From assembly GCA_951406725.2 (NCBI GenBank), contig OX597826.1, positions 18,166,001 through 18,230,000 of the forward strand: a DNA stretch of 64,000 nucleotides, given 5' to 3'. Position numbers and translations under genes: made by a program. Under the pieces are notes generated by a model. The model saw only the letters and a program-made list of their open reading frames with translations, was not told the DNA's origin and did not search any database. The DNA is from Octopus vulgaris. Its lineage: Eukaryota. Position 1 is the stretch's first letter; every line of letters begins with the position of its first letter. Shown here piece by piece: positions 26,537-39,370 of the stretch.

Positions 26537-27993
26537 CTGTGAATATAGGAAACAGAAAGAAAGAACATTGATTTTTAAAATATTTACTTAATATATTCAC
26601 AGAATTAAATGCAATTCAGTTAAACTTTTCAAAATGAGTCACAAGTTTAAAAAAGAAAAAAAAAAACAGAATCGCACATTGTGACATGTCTGTATCATTA
26701 CTTAAATGTATTTGTTAGTGAAATCTATATTAATTATAAATTAATTAAAGCTACATTGCTTTTGCTTCATTGTATTACCATAATAAATAATTATATCTAT
26801 TATTATTGGTACTTTTACTGATATCACATTCCCCTGCTGGACTTCTCTTAACAAGCTTTTAGTTCTATGTGTAAAATCAGAATATTTTCTATATTGTTAC
26901 AATGTGAAGGCATTGCAAATGAGAGGTGTAAAGCATCTCGACAAATCTATAATCACAATGACACAATTTCTATGATACTTCTCTTATCATAATCCCAACA
27001 ACCTAACACTTAAGCATCATTATATATTCATTGGACTATTAATCTCATAATTAAATAGCTATATTGGACATTTCAGCTTAAAGAGGGAAGTGATGGGGCA
27101 ATCATTAGTTCATTATATATTTAGTTATTATTACTCTGTGTCAAAATCTCACAATGGTTGACTGCTTTCTATCTCATGGGCCCAATAAAATAAGTGCCTG
27201 TACTTTGTTTGTGTCAGTTCAAAAGATTAAACCACTTTTCAAAGTTGTGGTCTTGTGACAATGAAAAAATTTACATTCCTTAGTTTCATTCTCACCCTAG
27301 TTCCAAAACATTTACGCCTATTTTCTTCCACCTGATTTGTCTTTTTATTAAACCATGGAAACTTCTTTTTTTAAATGGAAGCCCAGAGTGGTTTGTGGAT
27401 GTAACATGATTGAAGGATTTAGGTGTTTGCTTCACAATTATGAGGATCTAGGTTTTGCCCCACTGACTGGCATCTTGGACAAGTTCCTTTTACCATAGCC
27501 TCAGTTTGACCAAATGTTATGAGTGAAATTGGTTTGATGGAAACTGTATGGAAGCCAGTTAGATAGATTGTAGAAAGTAGGGTGCTGACACTAATGGCAG
27601 TTGTTCAGTCAAGGAAAATATAAGGTCTGGTCTGTATTCAACCAGTAATTTAAAGAACCAGGTCTGTCACACCGATTCTGCCTGCAAATTACATTAAAGA
27701 CACTTGTTTTTTTGGAATACTCAACCATTTACATGGTAATTGATAATCCAGTTGAGTGACCAACTGAATACTACTCAAAACTAGAAGGAAACTCTTTTAC
27801 TGAGGAAGTTTCACAGACTATACTTAACAATGGAATATTACTCTGGCACCAACTGAGCTGCTATGACATATTATTTTGGTTTGGCTCAGGTTTGGTCTCA
27901 TTCCTGATAGAAATTATGTGAATAGCAAGTTACTACCTGTAACCTTAGGTATCCACGAATTTTCAGCAGTCTTTCAAATGTTCAGAATCCTCA

Positions 27994-28079
27994 TGCAGTC
28001 TTTAGAACCCTCCTGCAGTCTTTAGAACCCTCCTGCAGTCTTTAGAACCCTCCTGCAGTCTTTAGAACCCTCCTGCAGT
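27994..28079. repeat. 20-bp tandem minisatellite (tgcagtctttagaaccctcc), about 4.3 copies
   Basis: Exact head-to-tail units with no spacers. Confidence 0.9.
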
Positions 28080-28221
28080 TTTCAGCAGTCTTTCAAGTGC
28101 TTAGAACCCATAATGCACACATTGTGCATTATGGCAATGTAAATCATCCTTTAAACCTAAAATCTCATTTCCCCTCTAAAACACCTGGCATGCTTTTCCT
28201 CAGTCTCAGTGCCAAGTCATT

Positions 28222-28590
28222 AAGGTGGTGAGCTGGCAGAATCATTAGCACACCTGGCAAAGTGCTTAGCAGCATTTCATCTGTTGCTGTATTCTGAGTT
28301 CAAATTCTGCTGAGGTCAACTTTACCTTTCATCCTTTTAGGGTTGATAAATTAAGTACCAGTAAAGAAATGGGGTCACTGTAATTGACTAGCCTCCTCCC
28401 ACCAAATTTCAGGCCTTGTGCCTATAGTAGAAAGGATTATTATTATTATTATTACTATTCAGAAGGAGGTGAGTAGACAGAATGTTTAGCAATATGTTCT
28501 GAGTTTAAATTCCACTGAGGTCGACTTTCATTTTTTCAGGGGTCAATAAAATAATGTAATTGACTACTCCCTTCCTCAGATTTCAGAAAA
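28222..28590 (+). mobile_element. SINE family B followed by (TAT)n and a second degraded copy
   Basis: aaggtggtgagctggcagaatc...gccttgtgcctatagtagaaagg; second copy from about 28462. Confidence 0.85.
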
Positions 28591-28644
28591 AGAAATAATA
28601 ATAATAATTACAATAATAATAATGACAGCCCTGATGCAATACAT

Positions 28645-29216
28645 GCCCTGATGCAATACCAGACAGTGGCTCTCATGGCTTTTGATCTTAACTGATTGGA
28701 AGTGTTATCATGTACATTGTTTTGTCTTGGTATAAAAGATGGGCTACAGCAAATATTCTGCTCAATACCAAAGATTTGCTTGTCAGTTGTTTGACCTTAA
28801 CCAATTGAGCATGTCCCTTAGTGGCTGACGATATGTGCATCTCTGATCATGAGCAGAAGTAGGGGGGAGCATCATAGCCATGTGTTGAGAGGGATTCTTT
28901 GCGGTTTGAATAATTCACCTCTGGAAACATGGGTGTTTCGTTCAACATCCTTAAACAATCCTTATTCAGGGACCTTTTGAGCGGGATGGGATACTCAACC
29001 AGAAGAAAATTCTAACTGGGCCCCACCTGCAAGGTCATGCGCTGTTTATCTTGATATGAGATCACCATGTCGTGCACATATGGCTGTACTCGGGCACTGA
29101 GTTCAAGATGCATGTGCCTGGTGTACCCTTATCAGACGGGTAGTCATGATGGGTATACTGGGCTTCGTATATTTTACCCCAGTGTCACTTTGATGGCATG
29201 CACTACTCTCTCACTC

Positions 29217-29220
<4 letters not shown>
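28645..29220 (+). mobile_element. 5'-truncated retroelement 3' end with (AAT)n tail
   Basis: Ends ctctctcactc(aat)n, preceded by (AAT)n; inverted copy at 29308-29743. Confidence 0.7.
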
Positions 29221-29269
<49 letters not shown>

Positions 29270-29307
29270 TAATAACAACAACAACAATGATGATAATAAT
29301 AATAATC

Positions 29308-29743
29308 ATTGAGTGAGAGAGCAATGTGTGCCATCTAAGTGACATTAAAATACGAATATATGAAGATCAATATAGCCATCATGACTACCCATCTGATAGG
29401 GGTACACCAGGCACATGAGTCACAACCATATGTACATGACATGGCGATCTTATATCAAGATAAACTGCGCATGAATTTGCAGGTGGGGCCCAGTTAGAAT
29501 TTTCTTCAGGTCAAGTAGCCCATCCCACTCAAAAGGTTCCTGAATAAGGTTTGTTTAAGGATGATGAATGAAACACCCATGTTTCCAGAGGTCAATTATT
29601 CAAACTCCAAACAATTCCACTCAACACATGGCTCTGGTGCTTCCCCACTACTCCTGCTTGTGACCAGAGATGCACATATCGTCAGCCACTCAGGGACATG
29701 CTCAACTAGTTAAGGTCAAGCAACTGACAAGCAAATCTGTGGC
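29308..29743 (-). mobile_element. Second, inverted copy of the (AAT)n-associated retroelement end
   Basis: Reverse complement of about 28770-29220. Confidence 0.75.
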
Positions 29744-29744
29744 A

Positions 29745-29800
<56 letters not shown>

Positions 29801-30017
29801 TATTATTATCATCATTATTATTATTGATAACATTATTATATAAAACAGTGACAATACATTTGATGATGGAAAGGGAATCTGAATCATTTTGAACTGATAC
29901 TAACTCCATGACAGTTACAGCAGCACTAATACTGCCACCACAACAATACTCCACACCTACAACATCTTGAATCTTCTCCTTCTAGCAGTACCACAATACC
30001 AAACAAGCAATTTTAAA

Positions 30018-30061
<44 letters not shown>

Positions 30062-30100
30062 AAGTTTGTGTATGCATGTGTACACATACACACAAAGATA

Positions 30101-30316
30101 TTCTTTTCTACACTAGGCACAAGGTCTGATACTTTTGGGGAGGGGGGCCAGCCAATTAGATCGACCCCAGTATGCGACTGGAACTTAATTTATTGACCTT
30201 GAAAGAATGAAAGGCAAAGTTGACCTTGGTGGAATTTGAACTCAGACCATAAAGACAGATGAAATACCACTAAGCATTTTGCCTAGCATGCTAAAGTTTC
30301 TGCTAGCTCACCACTT
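30101..30316 (-). mobile_element. SINE family B with TSD
   Basis: TSD tacacacaaagatatt / tacactcaaagatatt. Confidence 0.88.
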
Positions 30317-30360
30317 TATACACTCAAAGATATTAAGAAGAATATAAAGGAATATCAGAC

Positions 30361-30486
30361 CAGAACAGTTGAAACCATCAGAAGTGAGTTCAAATCCATG
30401 TGTCAAACATTCACAGTAGAATGACCCAATGGTATTCACACAGTTTTCTTCACAGGGATTAAAACCTTCCACACATTCATTGATAT
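30361..30486 (-). CDS. Internal exon of the same gene: calcium-binding EGF domain 2 (absent from ORF track)
   Basis: 126 nt, acceptor gtctgtag| after a pyrimidine tract, donor |gtctga, phase 1-1; manual translation DINECVEGFNPCEENCVNTIGSFYCECLTHGFELTSDGFNCS. Confidence 0.92.
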
Positions 30487-32182
30487 CTACAGACAGTCAA
30501 AAGAAAAACAACAACAATAATAATAAAATAATAATATCAAAAATAAAAAAAATCATGTAATATTATACAAATTGATAGAGTAGAATTTTAAAAAATTTCT
30601 TCACACAAAGCGATATGAAAAACAAGAATTATAATAAGTCACAGAAAAAAAATAAAACAATAAAATCTCTATAATAAAACCAAACACAAAAGTAAACTTT
30701 CATAATACATTTGTTTTAATAACATTAAGTTAATGGTCACCTAGCCATAGTAAACAGCAACACGTTCAAAATAACATGCAAAAAAATATTAATCAGAAAT
30801 AATGTACACAGAAGGAGAAAACTTTGTCCTTATGCTACTATATGTTCTCTGTGTTACTCTGTGTTTGTATTCTACTCTCCGTATTTGGCATCTGATGTTC
30901 AAATAAATGTATTTCAACTGTGTAGTTGTGTAGCTTGTATTTGCTCACTGCTATTTTTCTAATAATTCTACATTAGTAATTTCATTTTGAAAATTTATTT
31001 AAGTCGTGATCCTGGTATGTGGAACTGCCAGACCCAGCTATAAGTTGTAATGTTAAAGTACAAAAAAAAGAAATTCTTTAATAATTAGGTGATAAAAAGT
31101 GCAAAGAATCTAGTCATGCAGATGATATGATGAAGACACAGATGAATCCTTACAATTGAAGCATCAGTATTTTGGTGTAGGAAATCCAGAGTGTGTATGA
31201 CTATTTAAATGGAATTGAATGTAAAACATAATCTTTTTTTGAATAACATATTACATATTTTGATATCATTATTTAGTCATTGCTACGTTACTTCGTAGGC
31301 TACATCAATGTATTTAGGCAATGTAAATATATTATTGGATATCAATATTTAATTCATTTCATAGCATAGATCTGTGGAGGAAGGTGAATAAGATGCTGAG
31401 AGATTTATGTTTCTCTCAATAACAAGATAAGTGAAGCAACAAATCACAATTTGGTGATGAGTAGTCTTCACTACTCATCACAAAATGATTATTTATTATT
31501 ACCATATTTCCTCCTTATCCATGACATTTACCATAATATGGTGTGCTGGACTTAGTCTCAGCTTAACTTCAACAACTGGCCGTTGCTACCTTTAGTGGAG
31601 TCCACTCTGCTGTGATTATTTAGACTAGATCTTTGATCTGAAGACAGCTCAACATGCTGATTGATGTATTACTTCATCTACAGCAACACACAAGTCATTG
31701 TTTCTGTATTCTTTCCACCAAACAGTCCCAGAGACCCTGCCATGACAAAATCTAGCTTTAAAGATATTATGTTGTTAAAGAGAAAACTTATTCTCTTTCT
31801 TGAGAGGCAAGTCAGACTATTATAAGTAGCAGCCATAATATTTGAAATCAGCACCGCAAGTTGATAAAATATCTGACAGTTATGCAGGGCTCACACTGTT
31901 TAAAGATTTAAATAATATCTAGTTATAGTTTTTGTGAACTGTGCTTTTGCTAGAAACACACATCAGAGTAGTTTGAAATAACATCAGCTGCCAGCTTTCC
32001 ATTTTGTTAGCCATTTTCTTTTTGACAAGATACAATGTAAAATGAAAATTAAATAAAGAAGACACTGATCCAAACAAAATTTTAAAATTGTACACAAGTT
32101 ACCCACCTGCATACCTGTGTGATTAATCATTTGCAAAAATTTTAAAGTTATATGGAAGAAAATCACACAGCAGGCTACATAC

Positions 32183-32308
32183 CTATACATGAGAATCTGT
32201 CATAGGAGAGTTTCATACCAGCAGAGCTACATATACATTCATAAGAGCCTTCCAGATTGATGCAGGTTTCTCCACAAGTGCTGTTATCAAGCAAACATTC
32301 ATCTACAT
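32183..32308 (-). CDS. Internal exon of a cbEGF / ephrin-receptor-like repeat extracellular protein (SCUBE/fibrillin-like): calcium-binding EGF domain 1
   Basis: 126 nt, acceptor ttttctag| and donor |gtatgt, phase 1-1; encodes DVDECLLDNSTCGETCINLEGSYECICSSAGMKLSYDRFSCI, matching the cbEGF consensus D-x-D-E-C...C-x-N-x-x-G-S-Y-x-C-x-C. Confidence 0.93.
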
Positions 32309-32869
32309 CTAGAAAAGACAGCAAAGACAATAAACCACAATGTACATTGTTTTCAGACATTTAGGAGTTGTTATTGACGGGGTAGCTCTAGTAAGTTCAA
32401 CTGGGGAAGTCTTATAAAAATTCCTCTTGGAGCAGAACTAAAATGGTAGGGAATCCTGAAACAAAGATCAAAACTGAAGCAGAACTGTAGCATGGTCAGT
32501 CCAACTGGTTAAATCTTATAGAAAAGAGACTGACTGGGAATGACCTATAGCAAGGACTGAATAATTTTAGTTGTGTCTTAATCACAGCTATTCATTTATT
32601 ATTTTACTAGTTTTAGCCTCTAGACTGTGGCTGTACTCAAGCACTGATTTCAAGAGTTTTTAGTTGATCATATCAATGCCAATATTTATTTCAGTCTGGT
32701 ACCTATTTACTAATCTTTGTTTGTTGAACTGTTATGGCACAGAAAATTAACAACATATCTTTTAACAATAGCTTTTACCAATGTAAAAATAAACACACAC
32801 ACGCACACATCAACATCATCCTCTTCTTCATTATCATAACCATCATCATCGTCATCTTCAATAGCAGCA

Positions 32870-33050
32870 CCATCTTTTAATGTCTGCCTTCCATTCTGAC
32901 ATGGGTTGGACAATTTGAAAAGATCCAATGGGTCAAAGGACTGCATCATGCTTCAGTATCTGCTTGGTATGGTTTCTACAGCTGGATGCCTTTCCTGACA
33001 CCAACCAGTTTACATAGTTCACTGGGCGCTTTTATGTGTCACCAACACTA
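32870..33050 (-). mobile_element. RTE LINE 3' tail fragment
   Basis: Reverse complement of the 34570-34740 tail (ggcatccagctgtagaaac...). Confidence 0.7.
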
Positions 33051-33279
33051 AAGATTTGCATGATTGTGATCCCCACCAGGTGAGTGGGACAACAGCAAAG
33101 AGTGAGGTAGCTTTATGTTAAGTGATGAAAAGTCACAGTCCAAAGAGAGAGACACAAGAGGTTTCTTGCTGGAGAAGAGATGCATGGTTACTAACATTAT
33201 GGAAGAGAAGGTGGGAGTAATTGGTGAAGAACTAGAACAAGAAATAAAGATGATAGCGATGAGGTTTCAGGGTAGACAG

Positions 33280-34740
33280 AATATGCTGATGATTTTGCTC
33301 TAATAGCTGAGTCACTATCAGAACTAGAGGAGATGTTTCAGGTGTGGAAGCAAGGTCTAGAATCGAAGGGTCTTAGAGTCAATCTAGCAAAAACCAAAAT
33401 CCTAGTAAGTTGGAAGGCAGACAAACCACAAATCCCTTCAGGTAGATGGCCCTGCTTGATCTGTAGAAAAGGTGTAGGTAGAAACTCCATAAGATGTACC
33501 CAGTGTAAACTGTGGACACAAGAGATGCAGCAATATCAAAGGAAGACTAACTGGGAAGATAGTTTTTGTGTGTGGCAAATGCTCAGGGGCAATAAACACT
33601 GAAAATGTGCAGAAAACAGCTTCTGTTACATTCCAAGGGGGAAATGTACAAGTAGTTGATAGCTTCTGTTACCTAGGTAACCAAGACAGTAGCAGGGGAG
33701 GTTGCTCTGAGAGTGTAGCTGTTAGAATAAGAATAGCCTGAGCAAAGTTCAGGGAGCTCCTACCTCTGCTGGTGACAAAAGGCCTCTCACTCAGAGTAAA
33801 AGATAAACTGTATGAGGCATGTGTGCAAACAGCCATGCTACATGGCAGTGAAACATGGACCATGACTGCTGAGGACATGCGTAAGCTTGCAAGGAATGGA
33901 GCTAATATGCTCCACTGGATGTGTAATGTCAGTGTACATACATGACAGAGTATAAGTGCCCTGAAAGAAAAGTTGGACATAAGAAGCATCAGATGTGGTG
34001 TGCAAGAGAGACAACTGCACTGTTGCATATGGATGACGACAGCTGTGTGAAAAAGTGTCATACTCTAGCAGTAGAGAGAACCTGTGGAAGAGGTAGACCC
34101 AGGAAAACCTGGGATGAGATGTTGAAGCACGACCTTTGAATATTGAGCTTCAGTGAGGTGATGACAAGTCACCGAGACCTTTGGAGATATGCTATGCTTG
34201 AGAAGACCTGGCAAAGCAAGTGAGACCATAACTGTGGCCTAGCCAGTGCAGCATAACCAGCCCATTTAAGAGTACCCTTCAATTATTGGGCAATAAACTG
34301 CACCTGCAAAGACCTGTTGAGGCAAGTGAAGTCGTTATCATGGCACCATTCGAGTGTGGTCGATGCCAGTGCCAGCCGACAGGTCCTGTGCTGGCTGACA
34401 GGTCCTGTGCCGGTGGTATGTAAAAAGCACCAATCAAGCATGTTCATTGCCAATGCTGCCTTACTAGCTCCTGTGCCAGTGGCACATAAAAAGCACCATT
34501 CAAGCGTGGCCAATGCCAGTACTGCCTGACTGGCCCTCATGCCGGTAACATGTAAAAAGTACCCACTTATCTCTTGGAGTGGTTGGCATTAGGAAGGGCA
34601 TCCAGCTGTAGAAACATTGCTAGATTGGATTGGAGTCTGGTGCAGCCTCCTGGCTCACCAGCCCTTGGTCAACCCATCCAACCCATGCCAGCACGGAAAG
34701 CAGACGTTAAACGAAGATGATGATGATGATGATGATGACG
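33280..34740 (+). mobile_element. 5'-truncated RTE-clade LINE (RT C-terminal half, 3' UTR, (GAT)n tail)
   Basis: YADDFALIAES, GLRVNLAKTK, FCYLG, MLHGSETW, RGRPRKTW; frameshifted; (GAT)n tail. Confidence 0.92.
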
Positions 34741-35635
34741 ATTCTCCCTTTAGTTTTTCAGGTTGCAGGTGGTGGGTGGTTATTACTCCATTCACATTTT
34801 CTGTTGAGGTTCTGTCTATTTTCTGTTAAATGTGTGACCTCTGTAATCTGTCTGAGTGCCATGTCTGTTTTATGCGTCGATAAGATTGTAGATGTCTTTT
34901 TCAAAGATATTAATGGAACAGACATAGCAAATAGTAAAGTTTTCTCATGGACACATTTTATTAGGAGTTAATTTATTCTAATACTATGCATGAAATATGT
35001 GTTTATGTATGTGTGCACAAGTCCACACACACACACATACACACATATGCACATATATATATGCACACACAATTATAAATGCATGCTTATATAACCTTCA
35101 CACATACAGAGATAGTTTATGAACATGCAGTAATCACACATAATCACTGGCTATAGTAGAACTGATAGTGGTAGTGAGAACACTTTACAGAGTTCTGTTA
35201 TGTTCCACCAAGATCTACTTTATCGTTCATCTATCCAATGTTGATAAAATAAGCATCAGTGGATTACTGGATTCAATATAATCTACCGAACTCTCCAAAG
35301 TGTAGAAGTTGGTTCATATTTTCCTGAATCTGATAAAATCTTTAATAAACATGGGAAGCCACATCTGATCATTTCAATGGTGACGTAAAGCAGAGTGATA
35401 TAACAATATTTGTTTGGGACCCACCAAATTTGTAAATAACTTTTGATAAGAATTCTCACATTCAAGATTATAACAAGCAGCTTCACTTGCAAAATGTTTC
35501 TTACCAGATTCTTCTGCTGTCTACCATAACTTTTAATCAGTATTTTTAAAAACAATATCTTCATGCAGCAAAAAGTCATAATTATTATCATTTCAGTTTT
35601 TAACTCTGCCAAAGACCTGATTTTTAGTAAAGTAG

Positions 35636-35860
35636 CCCTTTTGATACCAACCCAACCAAAACTGCCCCTGCTTTTTATGACACAAGCTTTCTATACAAAG
35701 TGATCTAAATCAAAATTTCCCATTAAAATTCCATGTTAATTTATGTTGCATTTACCAGCTCGGTAATGGCCAAGATATCTTAGCAAATTCTTTATTATTC
35801 TCAAAATTAATTGAAATAAGGAAGGAGTTGTTCAACAGAAATATGGTAAAAAAAAAAGGG
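35636..35860 (-). mobile_element. Diverged piggyBac-type MITE, inverted relative to 25928
   Basis: cccttttgataccaaccc...aaatatggtaaaaaaaaaaagggTTAA. Confidence 0.75.
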
Positions 35861-36389
35861 TTAAAATATCCTATAACACTTAACTGACACAGTCATTTAT
35901 TACCATTAATAATTATAACAACAAACAATGTTACGTTTTCCTCAACAATGATGCCCACTGTATCCTCACAACACACTTGCGTTGCCTCACAGCTGTTGAC
36001 TCTCTCAGACAATAAGTGAATCCGTGCAGTTGCCAAGTGACATCCAAGAGATTGAAAAAGGCTACACAGACAGCCTCCACAACTATGAGAAGATGATTTG
36101 GGCCAAGATGGAAAAGAAGGGGGTGATCAGGAAAGAATTGAAAGCTTGTGATGTATAAAGTAGTGATGTATAACAACATCCAATAGCATGGACATATGAG
36201 CGTGTTTATGGGTGCGTATTTATGCAGATACACACACACACATGCTATAATAAACGTCGTGGTTTCAGTGTGTGGGTGTGTGTGCGTGTGTGGGTGTGTG
36301 TGTGCGTGTGTGGGGGTGTGTGCGCGTGTGTGTGTGTGTGTGTGTGCTACTAAAGAGATATAGTAGGAAGAAGGGAGGCAGATATTTTG

Positions 36390-36860
36390 TGCTCATTTTT
36401 CCATATTTGTATAGGTTGGATGAGTTTCAAACACAGTTTACTCTGCCATTACAATCCTCATCACCAGCTTGCTAGTCCCTTGTCATTTTTGTGAAGTTCA
36501 GCATCCAGAGATCAGCTTTCATCCCTTCTATCCATGTTTCTCAGCCTTCCATTTCTGCAGGTTCTTTTCATGGGCTGACTTGACAATTTCCCCCCAACTG
36601 TCATCCTGCATCACATGTCTATACCAGTACAGTGCACCACTCTCAAATACTAATGTTGATACTTCTTATACTCAGTTCAACTCTCTTCAGGTCCATCATG
36701 AATTCATGTTAACATTACACATCCAGCAGAGTATACTGTTCTTCTTTCCAGCCACTGTACATCCTTTTTATTCAGTGCCCATGTTTCACCATCATGCAAT
36801 ATCATATTTCATATACAGGCATCATACAAATATTTTACTTTCATTATGCTACCAAGTGAC
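36390..36860 (-). pseudogene. Old RTE LINE 3' remnant
   Basis: acattacacatccagcagag and atgtttcac resemble the reverse complement of 33845-33930. Confidence 0.45.
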
Positions 36861-38176
36861 AAGTCTTGTGAGAAGGAGAGAAATGGAAGCTAATCATAAT
36901 TACTGCTATTGTCATTATATCAGAGTAGCTGAAGACATTGACTAGATTTCCATGTTACTCTAGGAAAGGCTACTGTACCCTACCAGTACTGCATTTGCAA
37001 AGAAGCCTATTATTAGAGACGTCTGTTCACACAAAGGAGCACCAAATAAAGAAGGCATGATGGGTAGGTGATCATTTTAGTGACAGAATGAAGTTTGATG
37101 AACATCTAAAGCCTTCTAATGTATTTTCAGGCTAAGAATAGGGCATTTTATGCCAAAATATCAGATCTATGGACAATTTATTCTGGAAACTGAGTGAAAT
37201 AAATTGTAACACGTATTCATACTGTATGGCTTTATTAATTCATTTTAACTTGTATAAACAGTGCTTCTGAAATATACTCAAAATATTTTAACCACAGACA
37301 TAAATGCCTACACACACAAGTAAAAAAAAGGTGAAAGTAAACGTATGTGTGTGTGTGTGACACACACACACACACACACACACTCCACACATTTGTTTTA
37401 TACATAGATATACATATAAAAAACTACAATATATACGCACAAACACACATGATTGACTGTCAGGCAACAGACAAATTGACTAAGAAGAAAAGGGAAAATG
37501 TAGTAAATTAGTTATGGTGAAGCATCTTTTGTTGTTCCAACTTAGGAGGGTGGGGGTTTGCTGTGCTGGGCCACAGCCCCCATCACCACAACCATCTTGG
37601 AGAGGGGAAGATGGAAACAATATTAGTGTGAGTGGAGAGAAGGGACATGATAAGAAAATAACCATAAAGTCTGGAATTTGACAACCAGAGAGAAAGAAAG
37701 GAGGAGTTAGATGCAGAGTATTGGTGGGACGGGGAGGAGGGGTGTTGTGGAAGAAGTGATGGGGAGGAGGGTGGAACATGGTAAATTGAATTATAGATAA
37801 ATAAGTGACAAGATGATAAAAGAAACAGCAGGTAAGGTAGACAAAGTGACAAGCTGGAGTGGTTGATAAATAATAAATAAATCAATAGACTGACAGAGAG
37901 GAAGGAGTGAGTTGCTAAACAGACAGTGGGAGGAGGGTTCTAGCAGATAGGGGGGGGTGAGGTGGAGGAAGAAGGGGAAAGTGAAGAAGTGTTTAAGGTA
38001 AGTAGCTGGCGGTGGCGGGGTGGGGGGGTGACTAGAGAGGAAACAACTCCAGAAATAACAGTAATAATGAGAATAACAACAATAATAAATACATAACCAG
38101 AACTCCTCCCACTCACTTCTCTGAGACAACAATGACAGTAATAGTAAGACCATAATGATGGTGATGACGATTATAT

Positions 38177-38213
<37 letters not shown>

Positions 38214-38959
38214 ATTAGTTATAATGACAAAAATCACAACACATCAACAATAATGAAAATAATTCTAATAACATTTTCATTGTTAGACCCATATTATATA
38301 GCGGGGTGTGTGTGTGAGAGCATAGGGGGTGGTAAATCTGATTAAATTAACCATAATTTATTACTGGTATTTATTTTAATGAGCTCAGAGATAAAAAATA
38401 AAGTACTGCAGCAAGATGTAACCCAGTTGTTTGTATCTTAATGGTGTAGAGTTTAGTTTGATGCTGGAGTGTCACTGACAAATTTGAATTCTTTTATTTT
38501 TTTATTGCCATAAGGGTGGTGGAGATGTGGTGGGGGCAGTCAATAAATTAATTTGAAAAAAGTAAAAGAAACATAGAAAGCATCAGTAAATAGAAAGGTG
38601 TAAAGGAGATGTTCCATTAGGAGGAGAGCTACTTTGAGCCAAGGAAACCCACAGATTCAGAACTACTATGATTATAAAGAGTGAGTACCCTTTCCTAGAT
38701 GTGTTCTTTTGTGTGTCTTACAAGTACATGCTGAAAGTAGAGACATTATACAGAGTATTCTTACTGTTCTTACCCACCTTTCAGTAAATTCTCTCACCTG
38801 CTTCTCCAAGAAGAACTTGAAATTTGGCTTAAGAGTAAAGTGTCTGTTCTCAGTCCTTTCAATTTTGTCCACTAACGGTCTCTACCACCATAACCACAGA
38901 GGAAACCTTTTTGCCTTTCTGCCCAAAGGAAAGTGGTTGGGTGGTTCTCACTGCGGATT

Positions 38960-39370
38960 CAGCTGATAACTGGATCCATCTTGTGTATGACAACAGCTGT
39001 TTGACATATTTTCCCAGCCAGTAATGCTTCTTATATACTGAACAAATATGATGTGCAGAACAGTTTTGTTACTCTGCATACATCATGGACATGACCTTCT
39101 GAAAGCCCTTCCATTCTCATAAGAGTTTCTTCCAAACCAGCCATGTCTTTCAATAGCAGTCAAGCAGGGGATTTCTGGAAATTTTCCATAATATAAAGCT
39201 GAAAGTCCCCTAGATCAAGCTGTTTACTTGATCTTTGTTGACACCAAAAGTCTCCTCAAGAACTTTGCTGCAGTTGCCTGAAACTAGTCCATTTTAGAAT
39301 ACAATAATTGATGCACCACTAACTACACTGCTTGACTGAAAAGGAACTATGAGTACCTGCTAGTCTGCGA
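38960..39370 (+). pseudogene. Possible decayed non-LTR reverse transcriptase remnant
   Basis: Motif-like FD(I), AVKQG, IFVD and YEYL in RT order; many stops. Confidence 0.3.

Noticed and set aside
26193-26600. ORFs 26193-26600 and 32175-32360 as stand-alone genes
   Set aside because: Only the splice-site-bounded EGF part looks coding; the flanks are intronic read-through
27994-28079. CRISPR-like regular repeat
   Set aside because: Head-to-tail 20-mers without unique spacers, no cas genes, eukaryotic context
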